DNA from: Proteromonas lacertae
Lineage: Eukaryota
Reading direction: 5' to 3'
Length of the DNA: 64,000 bases
Assembly (NCBI GenBank): GCA_002245135.1
Contig: NGBS01000001.1
Span: forward strand, 248,001 to 312,000
Below the pieces are notes generated by a model. That model had not been told where the DNA came from, did no database searches, and worked only from the letters and a program-made list of their open reading frames with translations. A program made the position numbers and the translations under genes. This document shows positions 41,041 to 55,671 of this stretch, piece by piece (within the stretch, counting starts at the first letter, position 1; every line of letters begins with the position of its first letter).

Positions 41041-44000
41041 ATGTCGTTATACAAATGTTTATCTTTATTACTAATCCTTTCTTTAATTAAAGGAGAGGAT
41101 TTGAAAATCGGTTTTATGTTATTCCCAGCACAGAGTAAATCTGAATTAAGTAGATTAGTTCTTAACAAATATCTTAATGAGTGGAAGACTGATAATCCTG
41201 ATATGACATTTACAAATGTTGATGATAGTACAAATGTATTTAGTATGGCTGATAACCCAGCTACTTTAAAAAGGTACATAGAGACAAACGGAGCTAAAAT
41301 TGTATTTGGATTTTGTTATGGAATTAATAAAATTGACGGACTTCCATTAGATGAATATATGAGAAAGCATAATGCTTATATTTTTTGTGCAACTACTCAG
41401 GATAATGCTTGCACTACAAATATAATAAATATTCAAGATGGCGGAATATATTACAGTAGAGCTTTGTTATATATTGCAAGAAAATGGAAGAAATTTGTAA
41501 TTGTTGCTCAAGCAGGTGTAAAGGATATAATAAAATATCAATTAAATGGTATATGTTCAACAGAGAAATGTACAATAATCAAAGAAGTGGATACGACTGC
41601 TGGTGGTAATTTACAAACTGAAATAAGTGGAATTAGTGATGATAATTTTGCAATTTTAATAAATACAAGTCCTGATAAGAATACTGATATTTATGCTGCT
41701 GTTAAGGCTTTAAAGACTGCTTTTAAAAATGTAGAAGCATATGGATTTGGTAATATTGAATTAACTGATGTTTCTACATTTGCAGATGCTGCTGATACTC
41801 AAATGATTTCACTTATTAGTAATTCTTATAAAAGTGATAAGAAAACAAAAATGGATGAAATTATGACAGAAGTTGCTACTGGTTCACAAAAACCATTTCA
41901 ATATCTTTATTTGATGTATATATTATAATCATTGTTTATTTATTTTTATATAGATACACATTGGTTGATAGTTTCTTCAGTATAGCTTCTAAATTTCAAA
42001 CATTTGATGTTGATGTGATATTGTATAATTTAAAATTATATTCTTTTGAATCTCCAATATCACACTCATTTCTAGAAAGTGGTAATGCAATAAGAAATTC
42101 GCAATATTTATTCCAATTAGACACAGATCCAAGTGATAATGTTTGCTTAAAGAATTTCACTGATTTTGATGATTTTTCTTATATTTCTCCTTGGGACAGA
42201 ATTGGATATTTACCAAAAGGAACATGTGATTGGAAATTGTCTCCAACAAATGGTACTGCAACAGGACAATATGCTGTTATTATCTTCATAGTTCCATTTA
42301 GTGATAAGTATGGTGGTAATTATGAACAAGTCGGTATTGACTATTCACGAATAGCTAATAGTTATTTACATGAACTAAATAGAAATGGAGGTGTTATTGG
42401 TTATACAATTTTCAGTCATTATATTGATAGTTTTGATACTTATGAAAATATTAAGAAAAGTATTAAAGATGTTAAAGATAAGTATAAAGTTGTTGCTTTT
42501 TTTATTGATATACCAGAAGAAATACATGAACAATTACATGAAGAATTCGAAGATGAAGAGTTATTATGGTTTAATTTACACAATGTTGCAGGTTTTGAAT
42601 GTCATAAATATCATTACAATTTAGGTTTTTCATCTGAACAAGTAAGACAAATCCATTATTTAGCATTTGATTTAGTATCAGCAGCTGGTAGAACAGCTAC
42701 ATTTCTCATTTATTCAAAGAATCCAAGAGATCAATTGCAGATGGAAATGTATAGATATTCATTGGAAACACAAGGATCTTATTACAATTTCTCATATTAT
42801 TTAGATCCCAAAATTGAAGCAAACATGACTAAAGCACCTGATGGTTCTGTATCTGTTCTTTCTCTCAGTTATGAAGATACAATAAAGTTTTTAGAATATT
42901 TGAAAACTGCTACTGCATTTCAAACAAACAATTTACAATTTTTCTTTGTTAATACATACGAGCCAGTTTTCTTGAAATATAAAGATGAAGCTTTCTTTAA
43001 GAATGTTCATTTACTTACACAATTTGCACCAACCAAAGAATCACCAGTATTGAATAAAATGAAAGAAGAAATAATGAATTATTATAAATTGGATAGTAGT
43101 GATGAGAATAATGTATATGGTTATATGGGTTTACTTCATGTAGGTTTAGAAATATGGAATACAGTATATTAATATATTATTATTACTATTATTATAGACT
43201 GCTGTTTTGACAGGATCAATAGAATCATCAGTATTAAATAGTAATATATATAAAAGATATAATGATTTTGTTAATGGTCCATATTCTATAGATGTAAGTG
43301 GATATGGAATGGTAAATGTAGTTATAGAGAATTATGATTCTACTACAGCTAATAATTTTGTTGAAGAATTTTCATCTGATTATGCCATTTTACCTGAAAC
43401 ATTTGCTAATACTACCAAAATATGTGATTTAACTATAACCGATGGAGATCCAATACAAACAATCAAATTCTTTGACGTATTTGCAGTATATTCATTTCAT
43501 GATCCAAGATCAAGATATTATATCAATCAATTGAGATTAATTATATCATATATTAACCAAAAAGGTGGTTTTGATAGTTACAGATTAAAATTGGACTATG
43601 TAGGTTCTCCTGCTTTTGTAATACCAAGATTACTTCAAGGAAAGATTAATAGTGGAATTTCGTTATTTGTTGGTACAGATGATATGGATATATTAGATCA
43701 AATAACACCAATAATTGAAAGAAATAAAGTATTTTTAATTTTACCTCATTATGCTAGAGGTAATAAGTGTTATCAACATATAATACATACTGGTATGTTA
43801 TCTGTTCAAATATTCCCAAGAATTCTTCAAGTTAGTGGAGTTCAAGGAGATGAATTAATTATATTGAGTAATAGTACTACTTTAGAGAAAGATATGACAA
43901 AGAATCTACAAAAAGAGGCAAATACATATTATGGAAAAGAGCTGCAATTATTTGAGACAAAATCAAATGAAACATTGAATCAAGCAGTACATAGAGCAAT

Positions 44001-47000
44001 AATTGAATTAAATACAACTTCATGTACTAAGTCTTGTACTATAATTGCTCTTCGTTCAGATGTAGCTGTTCAAGCTGTAAATGAACTTGATCAGGAAATG
44101 GCTAGTCGTTTTCACATTATGATGATATCTCCAAATCTAAAGAAAATAAATGACATATATGATAGAATGTATGGTGCAAATATGGTTGTAGATTCTTATG
44201 TGTATAATGTAGTAAATGCAGAATCGAATCATTTCATGAAATCAATTGAACAGAATTTTGGACCTAAATATATTATTAATGGTGAAACAATGGCAATGTA
44301 TGAAGGATTTATGTTATTAGAAAAAGCTATATCAATAGCAGGATCCAAATGATAATGAAGAAATACAAAGAGCTTTATTAGGATTAGAAATAGATACTCC
44401 ATCTGGTAGTATTACATTAAAACCAAATATGCATGTTGAAAGACAGTCATTTATTAGTGGAATTGGTAATGGAAAACCTCCTGGAATGCCTGATATACCA
44501 ATTCCTCCAGATGGTGCTGGAATGCCTCCTGGAATGATTCCTCCTGGAGGTGGTGGTGGTGGTGGTGGAGCTATGCCACCTGGATTCGGTGAAAGTACTA
44601 ATGAATTAAATCCACAGGTTTTAACAGCAGTTTCTAATAGTATTTATCCGATGTTAAGTAGTGGTGATTTCTATTGTGATTGGTCAGATGAAACTATACT
44701 AGGAAATGGTACTTATCCGGCTATAAAAATATTATTATTGTTTGAAGGTGGTGATTCAGCTAAATCACTTGGTACCATTGGATATTTGAGAGAAATGATT
44801 GAACAAATAAACATATTGGAAAGTCTTCATTATTCTCCAGTATTATCAGCTGAAAAATGTCCAACAACTACAGCAGAAGCTGCTTCTACTTTAATTGATT
44901 ATAATTATGATAATTATCATCTTGTTATATGTGATTGTCCAATGGATAATCTAGAATTAATGGATTCTACATTAGAGACAATATCAGTAGTTATATTTTA
45001 TATTAGACCATCATTAAGAAGTAAATGCTCAGAATCTATGTATATTTTTTAATTTATTATTTATTAATATAGATGGTATATGGATGTTACACCAATTCAG
45101 CATCTAAAACCAACTCTGTTTTGGGCATTTGAAGAATTTGGGTCAAGAATATCTATAGTTTATTCTGATGCATTCAATGTAAAAAATTACTTATCATTGT
45201 TAACCACTTTTTGTAAAGAACTTAATGCTGAATGTGATGCTGTGGCTATGCCTGCTGATCCAGAAGCATATAGAGCTTTAATAGTAAAGCAATTGCAGTT
45301 TGTTTCATTGTCTGGTTTTATTATTGATCTATTACCAGAAGGATTGTCAAAGAAGTATCATATTGAGTATAATAAACTTCTTCCTAATGCAGAAGTGAAG
45401 ATATTAACATTCTTTTCATATACAGTAGAATCAACAGATAATAATCTAATGAATAATCATTACTTTATTACTTCAAGTTTTCCAGCAGCAGTAACAGATA
45501 TGCAGTATATGAAGAATTCTGTTCCATATATGTCAATGGCATTCTTTACACCATCAAATGTATTATTAGCTGCTGATGCATTAAGAGGAATATTTTACAT
45601 TTACCAAACATATACAAATCCAACAATAGATGATTTTAAAAAGTCATTGATTGGTGTAGAATTTACTAATTTTCAAGGTTCAATTACATTTGATAGTAGT
45701 CATTATTTAACAAGACCATTATATGCTGTGTTGTATAAAGCATCATTCTTTCTCCCATCATTTGAACTTACCCAATTAGGTCAAAACTGGCCTCCCAATG
45801 CTTTCTATACTACTTTCAATAGTGTAATCTATGAAGTATGTAATATAAAAGAATCTACCACAACTAAAAAGCTGGATTATTATCCTATTGGTGTTATTCA
45901 ATCGTTTACTGGTGATTTGATGGAATATAGTAGAGGATTAGCTGCTGTTATAGCTGGAGAATGCGAAGAGATTAATAGCAGAGGTGGAATAAATGGTAAA
46001 TTCTTAACTCCTATTATATATAATGATGATAGTAATGCTAAAACAGTACAAGCAGTTCTAAAGAAAATGAAGCAGTTGGGAGTTACTTATGTGTTTGGTA
46101 TGACTGATACAACCATAAGAAAATATGCAATTCCTGTAGCTAAGCAGTTAGGAATGGTGCTATATTATCCAGCAAATGTTGAAGGACATGAATGTGAACA
46201 AAATGTATTTGCTACTGGTATTGTAACAAATGATCTACTTAATTTACCATATTATATTAAAACAAAATTTACTCCAAAAGTATATTTAGTCTTAATGAAT
46301 AGTGATAAAGCTAAAGCAGAATTAGGAATAATTCAAGAAAGATTAGAAGGTTTTGGTATTGCAATGGTTGGTAAATATTTTGTTTATACTGATAATACAG
46401 ATTTTGTAAGAGTATCTCGAATTATAGTAAATACTTTAAACACTGGAGGTGTTATATTATCAATGCTAAGAGGTAAATTATCTATGCAATTATTCCAAGC
46501 ATGTTATGGTATATTAAAATCAACAATGACTATCATATCTGAAGGTATTAGTGAAGATGATTTGAATCAAGGATATGGTTATACAGCTGAAAATCATTAT
46601 ATTTGGATTGCCTATTCAGAACCTTCACCGTCATCAAAATATTATCAATATTTCCAACAATTAAGATCAAAATTGTCATATAAAAAATCATTTGGAGAAT
46701 TACATGCCAATACATTCAATGCATTCCAATTATGGTACAATGCAGCAAAGAAAGCAGGTACATTTGATTCTTTCCCAGTTATTAAAGCTGGTGAAAATAT
46801 GGAATTTGATAGTATATCAGGATCATTGATAATGGATTCAAACCATTATTTAAGAGGAAGAGGTTCGTTGTATCAAGTAAAATATGATGCAGCAAGTGGT
46901 AGATATAAGACAGTCAACCAATTCCCTGACATTATCATGAATTATAAAACATATGTATATAATATGTTTGATGAAACTGGAGTTAAATATTGTGATTGGA

Positions 47001-50000
47001 GTTTAGGTGGTTATTTTGAACCTGCTTATGTAAAAGTTGGAATATTTGGTGATATAACTGGAACAAATGCTGATTATGAATTAATTATTGTAATGGCCGC
47101 TCTTTCCTCATTACAAACAATCAATGAAGAAGGCGGTTTATTAAATGGCATCTATGTTATACCTGTAATTAGAAATACAGCAACTGATAGATTATTACCT
47201 CAAGTAATAGATGAATTCTTAAGAGATGAGAAGCTTGTGGCAATTGTGGGAGGAAAATCTGAACAATCAAGAACAATAGTAAGAGATAAAATAGCTGCTG
47301 CTAATAGTGATGTGTTATTATATTATCCAGCCAAATCATTAGGCAATGAATGCAATTCAAATGTAGTTCAAGTTGGATCTACACTTAATCAATTTATTGA
47401 TCCAGTTTTTAATTTCTTACTGTCAGTTAATGCTCAGTATAAACTTGTATTATTAGAGAGTGAAGATGTACAGTTCAGAATAATAGCTGATATGATAGAA
47501 ACTCAATACTCAAAGTTTATAACAAATATTTTAAGAATCAGAGTTACTGCAGTTGGATTACATTCGGTAGATGTAGCAAAACAAATATTCGATTATTTAC
47601 CTGAAAAATCTGCTATTATTTCTTGTTTATCATCAACTGATCATTTAGAATTATTAGACCAAATTAACAATATTCTCAGAATTGATTTGAAGAAGTACTA
47701 TATGTATTGTGTAATTCCAGATACAAAAGATGTAGTTACTAATCCAGCATTTGCTTATAATTATTTCTATTCAACATATGATATGTCTTCTACAAGTGAA
47801 AAACATCAACAAATGATGGATCAATGGATTAGACATTCATTTACCACATTTTTATCTGAAGATGGATATAATGCTTATTTAGCTGTAAATCTATGGAAAG
47901 CAGCTGTTATTAAGAGTGGTACTACAGATCCAAAAGCTGTAAAATTGGCAATGCAAAAAGTATCATTTGAATCACCAGGTGGTACTATATCTGTTGATAC
48001 AACATTCTATACAAGTCATCATATCAAAATTGGGTATATGGATGAAAATGGCAATTTTGTTTTAGGATATAAACCAGAATCAGTTTATTCACCAGAACCA
48101 TTTAATTGGTATATTAATCCAGGTTATACATGTGATGTAAGACAGCCTAATCCAGTAGTTTCACAACCATATGGTTATATTTTATTCAGTAGTAGTGGTT
48201 TTGGTGATAATTCATATGATAATATGAGATTACCAATTATTATCTCAGCTGCAGTACAAAGAATAAATTCTGAAGGAGGTGTATTAGGAAAACATGTTGT
48301 AGTAAACTTCTTTGATGATCAAGGTGATTTTGATCATTGTTCTGCAAGATTAAAATCTGCTTATGATGAAATAAAGAAAGATTTGTTATTAGTGTTATAT
48401 GGAAATGATATTAGATGTTTAAATGATATTAAATCTGATACTATTATTCAAGGAATTCCAATTGTTTTTTATTCTGCAGTTGCTGGTGAAACATGTGATG
48501 CTAATATCATATATTTTGATGTAGAACCAAGTTTTTATGAAAGAGCATATAATCTCTTCTTAACTAGAAATTATAAGAAGTATGCCATTGTAGCTGGTTT
48601 AGATGATAGATATAGTCATGCTGTCTATGCAGAAATATATTTATCTCATTTATTCCAACAAGTTAAATATATAGGAAATTTAACAAGTAGTAATGAAGAA
48701 GTGATTGTAAATAGTACAATGGAATATCTTGGAAGTGATGATGGTAATGTTATTTTGTATTTTGGAGTTAGTAGTTTGTTGCATCCATTTATTGATGCTT
48801 TGAGAAAGAATAGTAATTACAGTAGTAATAGTGTTTCAATTATACAATTTGATGGTTTAGAAATAGAAGGAGATTATGATTATGAGATGGTTGGTACTTA
48901 TTTCAGTGAAACTGATAATCCTATGAATAAAGAATTAGTAGCAAGTACATTGAATTCTATTCAAGCAAAACCAACTTACAGAATTTCAAAGATATTTTCA
49001 TTTTTCGCATTTTATATGCAAACCGTTAACGTGAATGGTGCAACTGATTATACTAATTTATTCAATAATATGAGAGGTCAAGAGTTTTTCTCAACTGAAG
49101 GATTCCTCAAAATATCAAATTCAAATTATGGTATGTTTTATTTACGATTTGCTACTCATTCAAAGAGTGGTACTAAAATAACATACACATCAACAGATTT
49201 ATTGAATCCAAATCCATATAAATATTTATCAAATGAAGGAACATATTATGAATGTATCATATCAAAGAATACTATATCCAATAAATTACCTAAGAGTAAA
49301 TATACTATATTAATTGTATCTCATCTTCAGACATATCGAACTGATGCATTAAGTGTGATGGAAGGCGCTTTATTAGCTCAACAAGAAATCAATTTAAATG
49401 GAGGAACATTAAATTATTATATTGCCTTGGATTTCTATAATTTAGATGATGAAAATTCATATAATCAGTTTGTTAGTGCCATTAATATGGATTCAAATGT
49501 TTATATTGTTGGTTTTACATTAGTCCCTGCAATGAAAGGAATTCTTTCATTTTTCAATTCTACTGATTTGATGTTTTTATCAACATGGACACTTACTGAA
49601 GCTTATTGTGTTACAAATATAATAGCAACAGAAACAACAGGACCACAATTAGCTTACTTTTTATCAGGTGTGTTATTACAGAAAACTCCAGTTGCTCATT
49701 TAGTTTATAGTAAAGTAGTTACTTCCATATCATATTTGATCACAACGAAGTATATTATTCCAACTTTAGAGTATTATGGTATAACAATAGAATCGGCAAC
49801 TGCTGTTGATCCTTCAATAACTGATTTAACTCAGTTTTGGTCTGATAGTAAAATGGTTGTTAGTAGAAATGGATGTATTATTTCCACAGTAGGACATAAT
49901 TTTGATGTTTTATTATTAAAGACATTCAAATTACAAGGATTTAATGTTGATGATATTTATATATTATTTACTTCTCCGCCCAATGAATTCTTTGTTGATG

Positions 50001-52630
50001 AGACTTTAACTAGTTATTTAATTGGTCATTATGCATCAGGATCATTCCTTGATGGTATTGATAAAACAGATAATTTAGATATATCAATAGCAGCTGATGC
50101 TAAAGAGTTTATTGATAGTATAAGGAACAACTTTGGTAGTCAAATACCAGCAAATCCAACAAGTGAAGCGACATATACATCTGTGTATTATATTCATAAT
50201 GCAATTACTTATACAAGATCAACAGATGTTAAACAGAATGTAAATGCATTATCTGAAGTAGTTGTTCAAAGTCCAGCTGGTAAAATTGAATTAGATAAAA
50301 GTAACTCATTAGCAAGAAGATTATTTGTTATTAAATTCACCGCTAGTGGTAGAAGTTTGTATTATAGTCCAAATGGTGTCAGTCATTCGATGTTTTATAC
50401 TGATTATTACAATTTAACAGGTGTAGAAATATGTTCATTCAATCCAGTAACTACAAATGGTAAAGTAATCAAGAATATTGTAGTGATTCATGAATATGAT
50501 AGTAGCACAATGAAAGAAGAAACAAATATAGCTAGAACAATCGATTTATTTGTAACAAAAACAGAAACTGATTTTAAATTGAATGGATATACATTGAATT
50601 TTTACAATGTTTATGGTGATAAAGATACAATTGAAGAAAAAATATCAAAAGCAATAGAAGAGTATAATCCAATAGCATTATTAGGTGGAAGAAAATCATT
50701 TTTATTACCAATAATGTCAAAATTAACACAGAATACTGCAACTCCATACTTTTATTATGGTATTAATGATTTATCTGTATGTAAAAGAAATTTCTTTTAT
50801 TTCCAAAGTGATTATTATCAAAGGTTTGATATAGCTAATCAATATATTATGAATTTGACATTTACTGATTCTGTGGTATTATATGATGAAGATTCACAGT
50901 ATATTTATATTTATGTATTTATTATATTATTATAATAGTGATTCATTTAACCACTTTAAGAAATTATTTGACAAGAACAAAAGTCCATTATTAGCAACAA
51001 TCAATGTAACTACAGAGGAAGGTATGAATTCGGTTGTAACAATCTTACCAACATTATTAACTACAAAATTAAGTCATATTGCTGTTTATGTTTTACTACA
51101 AGGTGAACATGATAAACATTTAAGAGATTTCCTTATAAAGAATAAACAATTATTTGATAATAGCAATTATATATTTGTATTTAAAGAGTGTAATCCATTC
51201 TATTGGACAGGAGAACAATATATCTTTTTCAATGGACATATGTGTATTGACACATTATCAGCTAATGAAGACAGTACAGAAAGTACTGTATTTAGAACAG
51301 AATCATATAATCTATTTGGTAATAACAGAGGTGATTCAGAAATCAATTCATTAGTTTATTCATCTCTATTCTTGTTAGGAAATGCTATAAATAGTGTTAT
51401 GGATGAATATACTCACAACGAATTCCCTAATGCATATTATATAAATCAAGCATTGAAAGAATATAGTATGGCAATTCCAAATGGTTTAGGTAAGATAGCA
51501 AATAGTGGTATGTTAATAACAACTTATTTCGTAAAGAGTATAAGTCAATATGGTTTTGACAGTGTAGAATATCCAACAAATGGGGTTATCTATATTAATC
51601 CACAAGTTGATTGTAATTTAGGAAGATTGGTAGAGATTTATACTTATCCAACTTCACTAGTTGCTAGTTATTTAGTATATGTGGTTGTAGTTCTTTATTT
51701 AATGTCAGTTTTCTTCTTCTATACTAAGAATAGACATAATCCAATTGTTAGAAATACAAGTTATTTATTCAGTGTAATTGCTATGTTTGCATTATTCTTA
51801 TTATCAACTTGTAGTATGATTGTTTTAATATATCCAAAGAATGATTTCACTTGCGCTATAAGAAAGTGGCTTATTTTAATTAGTTTGGATTTATTACTTT
51901 CAACATTCGTTATGAAAGTGTGGAGAATTCATAAATTGATGAATAACAAACAATTGAACAAAATGAGAATTAGTGATGGTAGATTATTAATGGTAATTGG
52001 TGCTGTCATAGCTGTTCAAATAGTTTATTTATTGATTTGGACTTTAGCAGATCCTGTCCATCACCAAACAGAACTTAATACCAAATTGAGTGACTTTATA
52101 ACTGATGTTTATGTTAGAAATTGTGAAAATGAGCAATACTTCTTGTATATATATTATTTTATTTATTTTCATATAGAATTCCGCAAGCAATTGCAATACT
52201 TGCTTTAGCTGCATGGGGTGTACAAGTAGCATTCAAGATCAGAACTGTTGTTGCTGAATTTAATGAATCTTTAAGTTTAATATCAACAATTGTTATTATT
52301 TGTATATGGAGTGTTGTAGTTGTTTTACTTGATTATGTTTTGAAAGATGAGCCAACTGCTTTAGCATTTATTAGAACGATGGGAATTAATGTTGGTGTAT
52401 TTGTAGTTGCATTCCTTCAATTTGGTAATAAAGTATCTTTATTGTATTGTGCAAACTTTGGTCCTGATGATGATTCTTCTTCTAGTTCAGAAGGAGAAGG
52501 AAATGATAATAATACACCAGAAACTACTGAAACTACAGAACTACCAGCAGGTGTTGTTAGTCCCACAACCTTCCCTGATACTGTAAATCATGTTGAAGAA
52601 ACACCAATCGAAGTTATAAAACAAAATTAA
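41041..52630 (+). CDS. Giant receptor B: signal peptide, 9 tandem UrtA/AmiC-like binding domains, class C-like (GABA-B type) 7TM; one +1 frameshift at ~44345-44349
   Basis: Signal peptide MSLYKCLSLLLILSLIKG; repeats such as IGVIQSFTG...EINSRGGING...LYYPANVEGHECEQNVFATG...LWYNAAKKAGTFD; 7TM with RHNPIVRNTS, CAIRKW, KVWRIHKL, FKIRTVVAEFNES; five GT-AG introns. Confidence 0.85.
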
Positions 52631-52788
52631 GCTTTTTAAAAATAGTTATTTTATTATTATTATTATTATTATTAATCATTTTCATTTAAGACGATTGTTT
52701 TTTATGAGTTTCGACTGTAATACATTAACAATCGAAAAGAGTATCGATTGAACTATTTCATAGTTTTTAATATCGTTTTTTGTGTGAT

Positions 52789-55418
52789 ATGGCAGACAAT
52801 GATGTTATTGAATTATTTAAAATAACAGTATTTTCTGTTATAAATATGTTAATGATAGACATATGTTCAAATTGAGAAACCATTCGAAGATAACAGTTTA
52901 TCAGTGTTGAATGTTTATAATAATAAAACATTAACTGTTACTAAGTATGATACATTAACAAATTTACCATTAAATATTCCCATATTTACAAGTGATTATG
53001 ACGGAGTATTTGATTTTGATCCAGAACGTCCTTCCTTACCTCTTAAACCAATGGAACAAGAGGAAAATGAAGATATAGTACCAGTTCATGGAGTATAGTT
53101 TATAATTTCATTTTTTTGTAGCAACTCTTGTTAGATGCTATTGATACTTTCTTGCAAGGATATAATGGTATAGATTTAAACAGTTATTAACTTGATAGTA
53201 ACATATTTCTGTTTTGGGTTGGATGAAGAAAAATCAACAGATATGGTGATAAGTGATAAATATTTATGTCTTACTGACTCTGTATATTTCTATATATTTC
53301 CATTATATTTGATGTATATTAGCTTGGATGGTTTATTTATCCAATTTTTGATGAATTACCAAATAATATATTAGAACTTAATTTAATGATAAAAAAATAT
53401 GAATTAAGAATGTCAGGATACATAATAACTAATAATAATATAATTAAAGACTTATATGATGTTACAAATACAAAATGTCATTTAATAGAAAGTGAACAAT
53501 TTGAATATGATGTTGGTGATGTAACTTCAATTGTGTATAAATTGAATAATTATTTCTCTCTCTAATAGTGTTAATAAATATGATGATTATAAAAAGGTTT
53601 TAATGAAATTTATGAAAAATTGTCCAAAACTAAATGAATCAGATACATTAATAATAGAAATTAAATTCTTTCAATCAGTTGGTGAATATGAAGGATGTGA
53701 TTATAAAGATAGTAATAAAGCAATTACTATTTCAAAAATGTTGTTTGTATTTTTCTCTGATGTTTCTCAATTGAAATATGAAGATAATCATTTCGCTTAT
53801 CCTGATAATTTGAACAACAACTTTTCTATGTTCTTAAACTCTATAATAACAGCTACAAATGAAGTTGAAAAATTAACAACTCCAACAACATCAACCAATT
53901 TAACTCAAAATAAAACTGATTTATTTCCAATAAAGTTATCAACTGTAAACTATAGAAAGACAGCTTTATCGTACTTATTATACTCTTCATTATATGGGAA
54001 TACTGTATGTTATGCATTAGGAATGATTGATAAGAAGAAAGTAATGAAATCAATTTCTTTATTGAAACTACTTTCAGTTATGAATAATTATAAAGTATAT
54101 TTATTTATATATTTGATAGACTTATCCAATTGTGAATGATAGTATATTCATTGGACTTCATAGATCATTTTGGAGAAGATTAATCAGTTTGCATAACAGA
54201 ATAAATGAACTGACAATCAATCCACCAAAAAGTAATTATGTATATTAGATATTGCAATTCTATTTATATATGTAATATATAGACTGAAACAATGCGAGAA
54301 CTTATATCAAATCATGAGTATATTCATTAATATTAGTAAATATAAATAAAATAGTGTTTTAGCAGCTATTAATAGAATGGTAAAAGAGATTAATAAACTA
54401 AATCAAGAGTATTATATATATATAACATGATATTACTGTTTTTATAATAGTATTGAATTGGCATCTAAGAGTAGCAATAAAATATCAAAAGTTTTTAAAA
54501 TATCAGATGATGATAAAACACTATTGAAAGATAATATAAGTAAAATATTTGATGAGATAAAAAGAGTATTAGAAACTCATATATTCTTATTTTAATATAT
54601 AGTTGAAAACTCAAGGTGAGATGCTTCTTAGAAATCTAGAAATTAGAAAAGAGAAATGTATATATATGTTGATTGTTTTTATCAATTTAGTGGAAATGAA
54701 ATTACAAGAACAAATAGATAGAATAGGAAGAATTAGAAAAAATGTTGAGTAAATATATAAAAAATGTTTATATTTTGTTATAGAGGATAAAAATGAAGTA
54801 GTTATTGATAAATATCATAGCAATATTGAACATAAAGATCAAAATAAACAGATACTAGAAAAAGGGAAAGAAAATGTAGTTAATTTAATGGTATTATTTT
54901 TTAACTGATATTGTATATAGACTCTTTTGGAAGATAATATACAGCTGAGTAAAGAATTAACAATTTTAGATGAAAATAACAGACGATGTATAGATTAGTT
55001 TAATATTATTATTATAGTGAAGGTAGAAGCTCATAATTCCAATACAAAAATAAAGGCATTAAAACAATACATTGAATTTAGAACAAAAGACGCAGAAGTA
55101 TAACCTAATTATTCTAATTTGTAGTTATTAGAGAAGATGAAAGATGAATTCAAAAAGAATCAAGAATTAATTGCAAAAGTAATATATCTTGTATTATTTT
55201 CCTATAGAATAAGGCAGTCGAAAGAACAGATAGAGATGAAATGATTTCTAGGTATATAAACTCATTTATATACCATAGACAACTTTTAGTCAAAGCAGAG
55301 CAAAGGTGTATACAGTTGCAAAAGGATTATATAAAATTACGAGAAGAATACGAAGTATAGTTGTAGATTTTATTTCTCTTAGGATTTACTGTCTAGTGTT
55401 CAAGATACTTTTACATAG
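52789..55418 (+). CDS. Divergent kinesin-motor-like protein lacking the P-loop, with coiled-coil tail (many micro-exons)
   Basis: Spliced LLDAIDTFLQGYNVTYFCFG, YELRMSGYII.NNIIKDL and YRKTALSYLLYSSLYGNTVCY resemble kinesin LDGYNGTIFAYG, EIYNE.I.DL and YRDSKLTRLLQDSLGGNS. Confidence 0.55.
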
Positions 55419-55671
55419 AATGATTTATATCAAGTAATGATAATTTAAATTGAATAATGTTTTGTTCATAAATGTTTTCCCTTTGATTAAATACTGTTAA
55501 ATGTATATACACATATTTCATAATTGTTTTCTAACAAGATTTAACAAAATTTAAATTATCTGGGTTTTAGCATAAGCTAAAGATTTTTAAATTGGGGATT
55601 TTTTATTGGTTTATTAACATCAACCAATAGCTTTCATTCTATTGATATCTTATCGTTAATTCTCTCTCATA

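Noticed and set aside
44341..44352. AAA-TGA at the +1 frame break in receptor B, resembling Euplotes-type programmed frameshifting
   Set aside because: The other frameshifts in the window share no slippery or stop context and all lie in homopolymers, so a sequencing insertion is the simpler explanation. Raw reads are needed to settle it.
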